NCBI GenBank assembly: GCA_964016885.1
Contig: CAXHJY010000962.1
Location: 1-64,000, forward strand
Length of the DNA stretch: 64,000 nucleotides
DNA from: Eledone cirrhosa
Taxonomy: Eukaryota
Direction of reading: 5' to 3'
The position numbers and the translations under genes are program-made. Position 1 is the stretch's first letter; each line of letters opens with the position of its first letter. Under the pieces are notes generated by a model that saw nothing but the letters and a program-made list of their open reading frames with translations, was not told the origin of the DNA and searched no databases. Below, one piece after another: positions 14,311 through 36,037 of this stretch.

Positions 14311-14461
14311 ATATATATGTAGATAAATCTACCAAGAGTTTACGTGAATATGCATGCCAATTCTAACACATATATATCCTAGAAACGATCGTTAAATAAT
14401 GAACTTTTTTTGTTTAATATAAGGAACTGTCTCATTGTTTATTCATTATTTGTTTAATATT

Positions 14462-18437
<3,976 letters not shown>

Positions 18438-18475
18438 TAATATAAGATCAAAAGATGGTTAAAGGAGTTCAATAT

Positions 18476-18544
18476 ATTTTATTATGCGCATTTCAAAAAC
18501 AAACATCATCAAACAATAATATTTGTGTTTTCATCAGATAAAAA
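18476..18544 (-). ncRNA. Type I hammerhead ribozyme, left arm
   Basis: Reverse complement of 20000-20068. Confidence 0.8.
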
Positions 18545-19999
18545 CAGGAGAACATGATATGAAGGCTAAAAAAACATTTGTTGATTGATAGTGCAGTTTT
18601 AAATCAACATATGAAAAGTGGTTTTAGATTGATGTGTGATATTGGGAAAAAATATTTTATTTAGAGAGGGGGGGAGAGAGAGGATGAAAAGGGAAGGAGA
18701 TGAGAGGGAGAGATGGGTGATAGAGAGAAAGAGATAGTTTTTATAACTGAGAGGAGATATATTTTATATAGAGGGGTTGAAAACCGTTGGAAGATACTGT
18801 ATAAATTAAAAATTTTGAAAATTAACGAAGGGAGGATATGTGCGAGGAAAAAATATTCTATTTAGGGAGGGGGTGTGTGGAAAGGATGAAAAAAAGGGGA
18901 GGAGATGAGAGTGAAGGTGGAAAGGAGAGATGGGTGATAGAGAGAAAGAGATAGTTTTTATAACTGAGAAAAAGATATAATGCTTTAATATAAATTTTTT
19001 TTTCCCTCTATCATAAATCTTTTTAATCTCAATTTCATCCTTAATTTATTATTATATATTTTTTTAATATATACTCATATATTCTTTAAAATATACCCAT
19101 CTACCTTACTTTAAAGGGCATTATACACTCTATAATACCCGTTTTACTCATCACCCTCTTTCTATCTCCTCGTAAAACAATAACATTTGTTTTTGACATT
19201 TTGAGTATTCATCCGCAATCATTATTATTTTTTCTCTCTATCATAAATCTTTTTAATCTCAATTTCAACCTTAATTTATTATTATTTTTTTTTTTTCTCC
19301 CCATCAACGAACTCATTATTAATACATATGAATTCAATATACAAACTTTAACTTCACATTATTTTTCTCAAATCCTTCTACACATAAACTTTTTCTCTTT
19401 GCTAATTTTAAAATTCCTACATTTCTTCTTTTGACGTTAGAATATTCACCCACAATTATTATTTTTTTCTCTCTATCTCCATACATAATTTCCCTTCGTT
19501 AATTTTCAAATTCCTTTAATTCATACATTATCTTCCAACGGTTCCCAACCTCTCTATATTAAAGCATTATATCTTTTTCTCAGTTATAAAAACTATCTCT
19601 TTCTCTCTATCACCCATCTCTCCTTTCCACCTTCACTCTCATCTCCTCCCCTTTTTTTCATCCTTTCCACCCCCCCTCCCTAAATATAATATTTTTTCCT
19701 CGCACATATCCTCCCTTCGTTAATTTTCAAAATTTTTAATTTATACAGTATCTTCCAACGGCTTTCAACCCCTCTATATAAAATATATCTCCTCTCAGTT
19801 ATAAAAACTATCTCTTTCTCTCTATCACCCATCTCTCCCTCTCATCTCCTTCCCTTTTCATCCCTCTCTCTCCCCCCCCCCTCTCTAAATAAAATATTTT
19901 TTCCCAATATCACACATCAATCTAAAACCACTTTTCATATGTTGATTTAAAACTGCACTATCAACAAGTGTTTTTTTAGCCTTCATATCATGTTCTCCT

Positions 20000-20068
20000 G
20001 TTTTATCTGATGAAAACACAAATATTATTGTTTGATGATGTTTGTTTTTGAAATGCGCATAATAAAAT
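20000..20068 (+). ncRNA. Type I hammerhead ribozyme with palindromic stem III (TGCGCA)
   Basis: GTTTTAT-CTGATGA-AAACACAAATATTATTG/TTTG/ATGATGTTTGTTTTT-GAAA-TGCGCA-TA-ATAAAAT. Confidence 0.82.
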
Positions 20069-20193
20069 ATATTGAACTCCTTTAACCATCTTTTGATCTT
20101 ATATTATGCATACTCCAGTCCCACAAACTGTAGAGTGCTTCTTATCCGATATCTGCATTGCTTTATTGTACTACAATAAAACTCACCTCCTAC

Positions 20194-24163
<3,970 letters not shown>

Positions 24164-24344
24164 TAATAAAAATAATGAATAAAAACAAAGAAAACAGTTC
24201 CTTATATTAAAAAATTCATCATATTACGATCGTTTCTAGGATATATATGTGTGTGTGGTATGTATATCATATATATCTATGTAAAAGTTTTACAAACTAT
24301 CAGAGGGAATATACATACCTACACATATATATGCTGTCTTCAGA

Positions 24345-24500
24345 AATAATTGTTTCTACTTTGGCACAAGGCCATCAATTACCCATTGCATCACTGGTAC
24401 TTTATTCTATCGACCCCGGAAGTATGAAAGGCAAAGTTAACCTCGGCAGGATTTGAACTCAGATCATACAGGGTTCAAATCCCGCCGAGGTTAACTATGC
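24345..24500 (-). mobile_element. tRNA-derived SINE fragment with a short inverted piece
   Basis: SINE core on minus, then GGTTCAAATCCCGCCGAGGTTAAC on plus. Confidence 0.75.
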
Positions 24501-25217
24501 TGTTTTTCAGAAATAATGATATTTGTTTATTGAAAAGGACCAACAAAGATTTAATATAATAGGTCTGTTTGGGAACAGGTTTTGAATTGACCAATAGAAA
24601 AGTAGTAAGTGGTCAAGTTGATAGCTTAGTAGTAGTAGAAATTTAATTTAGGGGTAGAGGAATGCAGACTTTAGTTTTCAATGGAAAGAGTATTTTGAAT
24701 GAAAAGATTACTTTGGGGATGAAAATAGGTCAAGCCGGTAAAAGGTACACCAAAATTTGATATTATTAAAGAATAATGCTAATATTAAAATCTAAGGAGA
24801 ATAAAATGTTACTATAAATGTGTTAGTGACAAATATCAATCTAGTTTAAAACATGAGGAATATAGATCTATAAAAAGAAAATAAATTAATTTAATTGATA
24901 GGTATATTTATAGGGATAAATTTATATTAATTCATATAGATATGATAAATAAGAGTTAGATGTTATTAAAGAATGTTGTTAAAAAGGAAGAAAAAAAAAT
25001 GTGTGTGTGTGTGGGGGGGGGGGGGGATAAATGTATTAGTGAGAAATAACAAATTTATATAGATTATAAGTAATTTAGATTCATAACAGGAAATTAAAAT
25101 AGTTTATATGTATACTTATAGGTATAAATTTTAGGAAAAGATAGCTGTAAAAGGGAAATAAAATTATGCAGTTCTTAGTAGTACAATATTAATTATAGGT
25201 TAACTAATTTAAACAAA

Positions 25218-25486
25218 TTAATTATAATAATTGTAAAATATAAGTGTATATTTATTAGGTTTATAATATTTGAAAGTTTTTCTAATTCTATGATTACATG
25301 ATATAATTAATTCTTGTCGCTTATTTAATAGGATATCCTTAGATTTCATTATTTCAAAACGTTCCTGGCAACATAATCTACATTCATATCTATTATTTTG
25401 ATAAGGGGTGGGCCTTTTGAGCACACTCCAGGTCAAGTTATAATCGATATTCTTTTTTCTATAATTATTAATTAATGCGGCATTTA

Positions 25487-25487
<1 letters not shown>
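25218..25487 (-). pseudogene. PLE GIY-YIG C-terminal fragment (family B-like)
   Basis: YNLTWSVLKRPTPYQNNRYECRLCCQERFEI..LLNKRQELIISCNHR, homologous to 30180-30350. Confidence 0.8.
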
Positions 25488-25542
<55 letters not shown>

Positions 25543-26657
25543 AAATATAGCTTAGAGTTTAGACTCAATGGGGTCATTTACAATCATTTCAGCTCCAAGA
25601 ATCGCCTCTGAGCAGAATAAATTAATATTTGATGAACATTTACATGTTTTAGTTGCAATTGACTAATAAAATCGCTAGAATGAAATATCTTAATTCAACA
25701 ACATAAAGTTTGCCTGTACGATCTAAAAAATATTAAATCAATACTCACAGACTCATATGGGCAAAAAGCCTTGGTACCTAGACACGTTTAAAATTCAAAA
25801 TACAAACTTTTTCCGCAAATCGGTCAGAACTTCAAACTTCAAACATGTTTCACAAAGGATGGTATAATAGTGAAATATTTAACTAATTAGCAGTGAGTTA
25901 ATCGACTTTTTCTGTGTTTATCAATAGGTACCCAGATAAAATTAAATAACTCCACCTCAGAAAAATATCTAAGGTCTGGTTAGCGTAGCGAAAATACACG
26001 AGGTTTTGCACACGGCTTATTCCAGTCCTCTAACGTCCCACACATAGTGCTAGAAATAACAGCCGTTTATATGGGATTACAAATTCAGCTCACCTGGGGG
26101 AGCAGTGATAAATAGCTTAGAGTTTAGACTCAATGGGGTCATTTACAATCATTTCAGCTCTAAGAATTGCTTATGAGCAGAATAAATTAATATTTGATGA
26201 ACATTTACATGTTTAGTTGCAATTGACTAATAAAATCGCTAGAATGAAATATCTTAATTCAACAACATAAAATGTGCCTGTACGATCTAAAAAATAATAA
26301 ATCAATAGATATTTTTCTGAGGTGGAGTTATTTAATTTTATCTGGGTACCTATTGATAAACACAGAAAAAGTCGATTAACTCACTGCTAATTAGTTAATT
26401 ATTTCACTATTATACCATCCTTTGTGAAACATGTTTGAAGTTTGAAGTTCTGACCGATCTGCGGAAAAAGTTTGTATTTTGAATTTTAAACGTGTCTAGG
26501 TACCAAGGCTTTTTGCCCATATGAGTCTGTGAGTATTGATTTATTATTGTTTAGATCGTACAGGCAAACTTTATGTTGTTGAATTAAGATATTACATTCT
26601 AGCGATTTTATTAGTCAATTGCAACTAAAACATGTAAATGTTCATCAAATATTAATA
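25543..26657. mobile_element. Direct-plus-inverted repeat element, probably PLE pLTR derived
   Basis: 25543-25740 repeated directly at 26108-26305; 25620-25970 inverted at 26308-26657; TA flanks. Confidence 0.7.
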
Positions 26658-26991
26658 TATAAATATATATATATAAATATATATAAATATATATAAATAT
26701 ATATAAAAATATATATATATATCAATATATATAAATATATATATAAATATAGATATATATATATAAAATATATATATATAAATATATATATATAAATATA
26801 GATATATATATAAATATATATATAAATATATATATAAATATATATATAAATATATATAAATATAGATATAAATATATATATTAATATATATATGAATATA
26901 TTTTAAATATATATCAAAATATATATATATATATAAATATACATATAAATATATATATATATATATAAATATATAGAAATATATATATATT

Positions 26992-28705
26992 TATGTGTGT
27001 AGATTTTATTTTTATTTCTATGTTCTCTAATTTGCCCTTATGTTATATTTTAGCATGTTGGTGGAGTACTGATGTGTCTTTTCTATCCTGGAGTTCTGGT
27101 GTTCATTTAATCGTTCTCCTCTGCTACGAGCTGTCTCACCTATGTACATTATATTCTTATCTTTACATTTTCCCCCAGTACATCTTATGCTATATACTAT
27201 GTTTCTAGTTTTAAAGTTAATATGAGGGCTTAGTTTACAGATTATGCATTTCTTATCTATACAGGGGGGGTCTTTGAAAAGGGTATGTATTACTAATAAG
27301 TGTTTTTATGGAGGTTCCTGGTCTTTCCACTATCTTAATATTTAGTTTAAATTTATATAGGGCCCTTCTAAATGTGTAAATTAGTTCACCTCTAGAGATT
27401 GTATTGATGAACATTACACTCTGGTATTTATTGCTATCATACCATGAATTTATTTCATTAACCTTATTCCGAGTTCTTTCTATGATTTTACAAAATTTGC
27501 TCCTATACAATGGGCAGGTCCCATTTGTATTATTATTTACCATTTTTTCCCATTTGGTTCTGGCTCCTCTATGCACTCTGATTTTATCTCTCTGATTGTA
27601 ACCAGACAACTGCATACAGTGGATGAAGTGTTGTATGTGTCTCTCTAGTTCTTTGGGGTTGCACATGCGGGACACGTTCCTCATCACCCTTACTAAATCC
27701 GCAATCAGTATGCATTATTTCGGTGTGATCCGAAAAATAGAAGCGTAACCTAATACAAGAAGATCACCACACCAAGACAAATATTAGAATATATAAATAT
27801 TATATACGAAGAAGAAAAATACATCATCCAAGAATGCAACAAACACTTTAACAAGACATTAATGTGGCTCAAACAATAGAACAGTGACCCAGTCACAGGA
27901 CCACCATCACGGCCAGTCTCTGGAGCTAACATCGCTAGTAACTACAGACTTTCCTACTTCCACTCCCTGATGGTACGCCCCATCATTGAGATGTCCCCGG
28001 ATATATGTGACAGCATATCATCAGCAGAATCAGCGAAGATAACCTGTCTAGGGACCTAACAGACTGTATAATAGGTAGTATGGATGTAGTGTCCCTATAC
28101 CCATCCATTGACGTGGGGAAATGCGTGGAAATGATCAGTGAGAACAATGTTGAATTCCGTGGGATTGATACCAGTGAGCTGCGAGTCCTACTTAAACTCA
28201 TATATAATAATGATTACCTAGATACGTATGACCTTAGCAACCCTTTCCCCACAAGGCCAGCACAGGGCAGACCGCCTACCATTACTTCAATAGCCAAGAA
28301 AACCCACACAGAAAGATGGAACGGGTGGACCAGAGCCATACGGACCACCGAAAACCACGTTGTACTAAAGAAAATGATTGCACATAATGTGGGGGTCAGT
28401 ATAAAACTAACCCTTAAGGAACATATGTTCAAATTTAATGGAAAAATATATGCTCAAGAGGAGGGAGCAGCAATTGGCGTTAGCATTACAGGTGACATAG
28501 CCAACCAATTTATGGTATGGTGGGACAATAAACTTAAAGAACAATTAGAAGACAACAATCTCTTAACCCTGCTTATGTACTCCCGCTACGTTGATGATAT
28601 AAACATCGTAGTAAAAACACCCCCACTAGAGAACAGTCAGGAATTAGAGAAAAACACCATGGAAAGCATCCAGCAAATAGCTAACTCCATCAACCAGAGT
28701 ATCAA
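26992..28705. mobile_element. PLE-A copy 2, rearranged: minus RT C-terminus/EN (26992-27735), plus RT core (27878-28705)
   Basis: MDVVSLYPSID, QEEGAAIGVSITGDIANQFMVWWD and YSRYVDDI in ORF 28080-28760; homology to copy 3. Confidence 0.9.
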
Positions 28706-28709
28706 AGAT

Positions 28710-31080
28710 AAATTTTCAGAATGTCATTTAAAGATTATCAATCTGCATCTAAAAATATAGTAAGAGGGGTTTCCTCAGAAAAATAATGTCAGAATTAAAA
28801 ATAATGTCAGAATTAAAATAATGTCGGAAATTAAAATATTAAATATATATATTAAAAATATTATAAATATTAGATATAAAAATTTTTTAGAAATATTAAA
28901 AATATTTTAAAAATTTACATTTCAATTAATAAAAAGGTCGTATCATTTTGACGGTGTATTATGAATTAAAAATAGTTCTGAACATGGAATTTTGGTGACG
29001 TTTGCAAGAAGAAAATAATTCTGTTCTGAGATTTATTAGAGTTTTGTCAGTTAATTATATAAAACATATCTTCGATATACAATTTACAGAATCTTGATAA
29101 AGCCATATTTCGGTATGCAGGTGCTTTCGAAATCGTTCTCCAAGATATTAATAATTTATTAATAATGTACTGCATAGGAAAATGCCAGAGATCACCGGGG
29201 TTTTATATCGTGACGATATGTTTCTTTTAACTGAAAACCATAGCAATAGTGAAATTAAAAGGAAAAGAAAATCCATAATACAATTTTTTGAACATCTACA
29301 ATTTAAGTTAGAAATAGAGAATAACTACAAAATCGTTAACTTCTTAGCTGTAACTTTAAACCTTAGCACAAATCTTTACTATGCTTGCCATAAAATTAAG
29401 GAAAATCTAAATTATTTAAGTTTCAATTCTAATCATCCTAAAGTATTAAAAACACTATTGTCAATAGCGTCCAACAACGGATTTCACGCATCTCCGCTAA
29501 TAAAAATATTTTTGATGATAAGACTGAATATTATAATGAAGCTTTACATTGAGCAGAATACTCAAATAGAATTAAATACATAGATAACAATAACATAACA
29601 TATCATCCTAGTATTAACTGAGACACTAAACCAAACAGAAAAACTAGAACTAGAAATATTATTTGGTACTCTCCCCCATTCTCATTAAGCGTTAAAACAC
29701 GTTTAGCAAAGCTATTCTTTAACGCACTAGATAAATATTATCCTAAAGCCCACAGATACCACTCTATTTTTAACAGACACACTATAAAACTATCCTACTC
29801 TACTACTATTAACATAGCACAACATATAAATAGAATTACTAATAGAAACTTAAATTTAAACCCTAACCAAACTAACCAAAATAGCAATAATAATATTTCT
29901 AACAAAAATATTCAGAATAATAGTACCGTTCCGAACAACAATAACTCCAGTAAATGTAACAGTAGAATCAAATCAAACTGCCCTTTACAAAATAATTGTT
30001 TAGACAAAAACATAGTTTATAAATGCACAGTTAAAACTAGAGACAAAATGTTTAACTTAGTTGGTGCCACTTCTACAAAATTTAAAGAACGCTGGAATAA
30101 CCATAAACATACATTTAAGAGATCTGATAAAAAATCTTCTACTTCACTTTCACATCTAATTTGGAATTTAAAAGACAACAATATAGACTATTCAATATCT
30201 TGGAGAACGATTTCGAAAGCACCTATATACCGAAATATGGCTTTATCAAGTTTCTGTAAATTGTGTATCGAAGAAATTTTTTATATAATTAAATGTCAAA
30301 ACTCTATTAATCTCAGAACAGAATTATTTTCTTCTTGCAAACATCGCCAACATTCCACGTTCAGAACTATTTTTAATATCTATAATATTCCCATACACCT
30401 TCAAAATGATCCTACCTTTTTAAAAATTGAAATGTAAATTATTTTTAATATTTTTTATATTTTTAATATCTTTTTAATATTTTTAATATTTCTAAAATGT
30501 TCTAATATCTCTAATATTTATATATATTTAATATTTAATTTCCGACATTATTTTAATTCTGACATTATTTTTCTAAGGAAACCCCTCTTAATATATTTTT
30601 ATATGTAGATTGATAATCTTTAAATGACATTCTGAAAATGTATTCGCTTTACGATAGATATTCGAAAATCACATTATATTTTTCCACTCTTTTTTTTTTG
30701 TTATTCAAACATTCACACATCTTTCGACTAAAATAATGGATCTCAATCAAAATAATATATAATTTTCTCTAAATATTTTGGAGTAAATCATTCATCTAAT
30801 TTAATGGTTAACAAACAAATTTGGAGTTATCTTTCCTTTCTCAATTGTGCAAAAATAAACATATTATCTTTGATAATCTGTATAGCTTCCCTAAATTAAC
30901 AATATTCAGAAAACATTTTCAATGCTGAACAAAATTTTTGAATCCACAATTTCTACTACTCTCACAACTTGAACCACCCATTTTAAAGAAAAATACAAAA
31001 TCAACATCCTTCGTAATTCATATTTGATATATAAACAACTAATAATTATAAATTATCTCTATTTCTATAATATTAATACA
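28710..31080. mobile_element. PLE family B: plus body (29180-30640+) with inverted 3' arm (28710-29155)
   Basis: GVLYRDD, SNHPK, IIWYSPPFS, C..R...CPLQNNCL..IVYKC..LVGATSTKFKERWNNH, CKLCIEE..LRTELFSSCKHR; 28710-29155 is the reverse complement of ~30190-30640. Confidence 0.88.
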
Positions 31081-31122
31081 TGCGCAATTCTTAATATATA
31101 TGTAGATATTTATATACATATA

Positions 31123-31813
31123 TTGTTATACTTTGGGAGGGTCATGTTGCCAATAAGAAACACACGCACCAGTTGCTTTCACTTCAATTTATTATAAATT
31201 AAATTCATAAATTCTGTGTAGATTCTATTTATAGAATCTACACACAGAAAAGACGCAATGTTTAGACACATCACAGAGGCAATAAACATAAATGAACTCC
31301 AACCAAAATTAAATAGAAAGCATGAATGGAATAGCAACATCACAACTTACAATTAAGAACAAAATGAAAACACACACACACATAGAACAAACAACCAACT
31401 AGTAACATGTAAATAAACAAATAAATAAACAAATATAAACACACACAGACACCCGGATGTAACACATGCGCAAACTAAGCACACAACATACACAAAAACA
31501 AGATGGCGTAAGACAGAACAAAGGAGAAGCACAAAAACAAAGAAATGAACCCCCAGTCACTGAAGAGGTCACATAATGTGTGACGAAAAAACTTTGACAA
31601 TATATGAACAATCGTCTGGTTGTGAAACCAACCAACGAACCGGAAATTTATAAATTCCTAAATTTATAAATTTAATTTATAATAAATTGAAGTGAAAGCA
31701 TCTGGTGCGTGTGTTTCTTATTGGCAACATGACCCTCCCAAAGTATAACAATATCGGTTTCAACACACGTTTTCAGATAAAGAATCTTGGTAAACAAATT
31801 CAGAAACGAAATA
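31123..31813. mobile_element. PLE-A pLTR: short minus arm (31123-31215) and plus arm (31228-31813)
   Basis: Matches 11750-12293 and 41660-42197. Confidence 0.9.
31556..31598 (+). ncRNA. Minimal hammerhead ribozyme, PLE-A pLTR
   Basis: GTCA-CTGAAGA-GGTCACATAATGTGTGAC-GAAA-AAAC-TT-TGAC (stem III mutated). Confidence 0.7.
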
Positions 31814-32195
31814 TATACATACAACCTATCGTAATGTAATAAGATAAAAATACTTACAACCATAATTCTTCATAATATATAATTGATTATATATACAATA
31901 TTATTAACTCATAATATAGGTAAATAACTCCCCCTCCGCCAAATTAACGTAAATGCTAGCTCTTCTTCCTTTTTCTTCTTTCCTACCCATACAATAACTT
32001 ATAATTATTTAAATTTTCCATAGCGTCTAAAATAACGTTTTTTTCAGCCCGTTTACCTAAACATCATTTGCATACTCATCTTAATAATTTGAAATATCTG
32101 AATTTTCTTCTCTTATCCCTTCACTATCCAAGGATAACATGGACCGTTAAGATATATTCTCTTTCGTTATGTCAAAATTTATAAAACACACTTCG

Positions 32196-32256
32196 TATTT
32201 TATCTGATGATAGCGTACCAAAAAGTTGGTACCCTTGAAATATATATAATAGAATA
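32196..32256 (+). ncRNA. Type I hammerhead ribozyme
   Basis: TATTTTAT-CTGATGA-TAGCGTACCAA/AAAG/TTGGTACCCTT-GAAA-TATATA-TA-ATAGAATA. Confidence 0.72.
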
Positions 32257-32403
32257 AATATGGTTTTATAAATATAGTTTCCATTTATTTAATATCCTTG
32301 TATATATATATATATATATAAGTTATTCTGGGTTCAATCGGGGGTAACCACAGGAAGTAAGGTACTCAATACATAGCAGATTATAAAGGTTTTAATATAG
32401 AAA

Positions 32404-32455
32404 AGCTTACTACGGGACTAGAACTGTTTCATTCATGAGAAATCATCAGGAAGCT
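32404..32455 (-). ncRNA. Type I hammerhead ribozyme (inverted partner of 34755)
   Basis: Minus: AGCTTC-CTGATGA-TTTCTCATGAAT-GAAA-CAGTTCTAGTCCCG-TA-GTAAGCT. Confidence 0.65.
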
Positions 32456-33127
32456 GACTGTGCAAGTAAATGTGGTGGTATTTATATCTTTTCTGGTGGT
32501 AGGAGAGGGTGGGGATCGGGATGGGTGGAGGTTATTGGTTGATGGATTTAAAGAAAATGGAGTTAATTAAAAGCTAATTTTTAAAGCTATAGTATTAACA
32601 AAGGCAGAAAAATACTGTAAACAAATTAAAATTGGATTCAATCCTTGTTTTTCTCTTAAACTAACAATGCCTGTAAGTCAGGTCTCCTCAGGATGGGTAA
32701 TGATTGTTGGTTTAACGAAAAGGGAAATTCTTTAGAAGCTAATTCTTTAAGGCTGAAATAATGGTGACAAAGGCAGAAAGGGTTCTATAAACAGCTTCAA
32801 GTGTTGGGGGTGTTTCCCCTTATTGTGAAGTTTCTCTTAATTTATATACCAGGTGTCAACAAGCACATTCACACACGTACCCACTTACACACGTACACAC
32901 ACATGTACACACGCACACACACACACAACAAACATAAATATAAATACATACACACATGTCGAATATATATATATATATAGGAAAAGAGTCAGGTCCCCGA
33001 CGGCTGAGCTCCGGCCGTTTCGAGACCCTATTTACATTACTTATTGAGTACGCTGAGATGCAACCGGCCCTAGCATTGATACATGTGCTGGGTCCGTTAA
33101 CTTCTTAATATATATATATATAAGTTA

Positions 33128-33315
33128 AGGCGGTGGATTGGCAGTATCGGTAGAGGGTCGGACGCCATGCCTTCCAGCATAGTTACGTCCTTTTACGATC
33201 TGAGTTCAAATCCCGCCGAGGTTGACTTTGCCTTTCATCCTTACGGGGTCGATAAAATAAAGTACCAGTAATGAACTGGTTAATTGCTGGCCTTGTGCCT
33301 AAAGTAGACACAAAT
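33128..33315 (+). mobile_element. tRNA-derived SINE, full length
   Basis: A-box-like TGGCAGTATCGG, B-box GAGTTCAAATCC, conserved core; flanked by the repeat ATATATATAAGTTAA (TSD). Confidence 0.9.
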
Positions 33316-33380
33316 ATATATATATAAGTTAAAGAATGAAGAGTAACGTGGTTGGCTGTACAATAAGGGCTTTATTTAAA

Positions 33381-33491
33381 GTACTGACAATTGTTTCGTT
33401 GATCAGGTGGGTATAGAGTTCGGTAATCGCTTGAGGTTGCGTTATTCGATCTCCAATACATTATTCACCCATGGTCAACACATCAGAGTAC
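33381..33491 (-). ncRNA. Hammerhead-like motif with very long stem II (core variant CTGATGT)
   Basis: Minus: GTACT-CTGATGT-GTTGACCA..TGATCAAC-GAAA-CAATTG-TC-AGTAC. Confidence 0.7.
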
Positions 33492-34699
33492 GCAGTTTCG
33501 CTTATTTATGAATACCATTAATTTAACAGTACAGCACCCTATTTTATATAGATACATATATACATATATGATTTTAATACGCCTATTATAGGTAAATTCG
33601 TCCTATTTTATTCTCAGTTATATGTATATTGAGAAATCTCTTAGTGAATTATATACTAAACTTAACCAGGTACAACTACTTTTCTACTTAATAGCGTTTC
33701 TGATAATTGATTATCTCTTTGAGATGTAACTTTGTCTCGTGTTTAGTCAGTTTAACCCGCGATATAAATATATACAATAATTATAATTTTCATTAATTAT
33801 CTCCCTTTCCCCATATTGACCATTATTTTTCAATTACAGAAAAAGTGTGAAAGATGCATTTCACAAATTCATAAAACCTCAAAAAAATTTCTTTCCACTT
33901 ACTTTTTCTTAATTCACATTACACTAATTCTATCTTATATACATTTATACACACCAGGTCCGAACACAAGAGAAACAAATTCCCTCTGTCACCGCCTCTG
34001 TCCCTTCCGCTCGCCATCTCTTACTATTGTGAGCAAATGGGGGCTCACACTTTGGCCGCCCTCAACTCTGCCGATGTTGGTGAGCAGCGACTTAGGCCTA
34101 AGGCCAAGGACACCAGAAGTCTCCGAATTATGATAATCCTTTCATATCCATAACTTGGTGCAAATAACTGATTTACATGACTAATCATTGAAATTAGTTT
34201 CTAGCATTCTGAAGGAGGTATTTTATGTTTCTACGACTCGCTTTCAGTTTTTTCAATAATGAAAACAAGTTGATAGTATACAGCACTTAAACGAGTTCAT
34301 TTCACAGATTACCCGAAACAATTGTAAGTAATTAAAACAGCTTTTAATGAAAGTAGATTGATTTTATTTTAATACTTCTGAATGTACATACTCTACTTAT
34401 TTCCTAAATTCATCTCTAACGTTTTCCACACTTTAACCAAACTTTTCTCTTAACTCCTATTTTGCATGATATAAACATTGATCAACCACTTCTTTCTCAG
34501 GCTGGCAAATACACTCTATAAGTCTGTCTCTACTCTCCTTTGAGAATTGATTGTATAGTTCTACATTATATATATATATATATGTTGTGTTGAGGCAAAT
34601 AACTGTATATTCTCTGGTAATGTATCTTACATTGCCCATTGAGTGCACTGAGATACAACCGGTCCTGGCATTGATAAATATGCTGGGTCCGTCAACCCT

Positions 34700-34754
<55 letters not shown>

Positions 34755-34757
<3 letters not shown>

Positions 34758-34807
34758 ATTCCTGATGATTTCTAAAGAATGAAACAGTTCTAGTCCTGTA
34801 GAATCTC
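34755..34807 (+). ncRNA. Type I hammerhead ribozyme
   Basis: GGGATTC-CTGATGA-TTTCTAAAGAAT-GAAA-CAG/TTCTAGTC/CTG-TA-GAATCTC; all three stems pair. Confidence 0.8.
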
Positions 34808-34888
34808 ATCTATATTAAAACTTTTATACTCTGCAATGTATTGAGTACCTTACTTACTGTGGTTACCTCCGACTCAACCCGGAATAAC

Positions 34889-34940
<52 letters not shown>

Positions 34941-35322
34941 CAACCTCTTAGACATCTTGAATCGTTAATAATCGCAGCAACGCAAATGTTCCAAAGGAAA
35001 TATGAAAAAGTGTTTAATAAAGAGAGATTAAACCGGAAAAAACGTTTGAATCTTTAATAAACCACGCTCGAAATAAAAGGTCTTCCATAATTACAGAAAT
35101 ATGTGTATTTAAAATATGTATGCCTCAACGCAAATGAGCAAATTATTAATAATTGACGACCATAAATGGCGACGAAAAAATTGTGGACAGAGGCAACTCT
35201 GTCTAATCCGCGTCTGGACTATATTCTTTATACTGATAGAATATTTTATTATTATGATTATTTGGGTTGGGATGCACTTCGTTTAAATTTGCCGATTTGC
35301 GATCCCTCTGAAGTCAACTGCA

Positions 35323-35359
<37 letters not shown>

Positions 35360-36003
35360 TATATATATAAATATAAATACGTATATATATATATATATGT
35401 ATACACACACACACGCACACACACATACACATAGACACACACATACACACACACACCCATATATATATATATATTATATATAAATATAAATATGTATGTA
35501 TAATATGCGTGTTTAAGACACTTTGACAGATAAATTGTAGAGCAACGAGGGGGCGAATAATAAGGAAAGAAAGAAAATAAGCCGAAGAAGAAAGAGGATG
35601 AGACAGAGATACATACAGACAGACAAATTGAGAGATTTAAGATGCAATATACTACCTGTACATCTTGCCATAACAAAGTAAATTGAAAAGTAACTGTAAG
35701 GAATTTTAATAAACACTGACAGTCGTAAAGATCTTTTAGTCTAAGAGTTGTCATTAATTCTGGCCTTATGGAAAGATATTGTTCTTTTGTTCACTGATAT
35801 AGTAAATACCAATAGCCTGCTGGCGAAATTTGGGACGGAATGACCTTTACAGGTCATTGGCAATTTCTGATTCCAGGAAAGATATACAATGAGATGCGAA
35901 TGTGTAAGTAATGGCAATATTTGAGAGATGCTTGTTGGGAAAGATACATCGATAATTAGATTGGCAGAGATAGATTGACAGATATATATATATATATATA
36001 TAT

Positions 36004-36004
<1 letters not shown>

Positions 36005-36037
<33 letters not shown>

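Larger units (their letters stand above)
18438..20193. mobile_element. Non-coding fold-back element: ~550-bp inverted arms (18438-18990 / 19555-20106) plus tail
   Basis: Arms are near-identical reverse complements, each carrying an HHR; internal ~230-bp duplications; TA arrays on both sides. Confidence 0.88.

Noticed and set aside
33128-33220. tRNA gene
   Set aside because: A/B boxes belong to the SINE head; no complete cloverleaf, and it is followed by SINE core and TSD.
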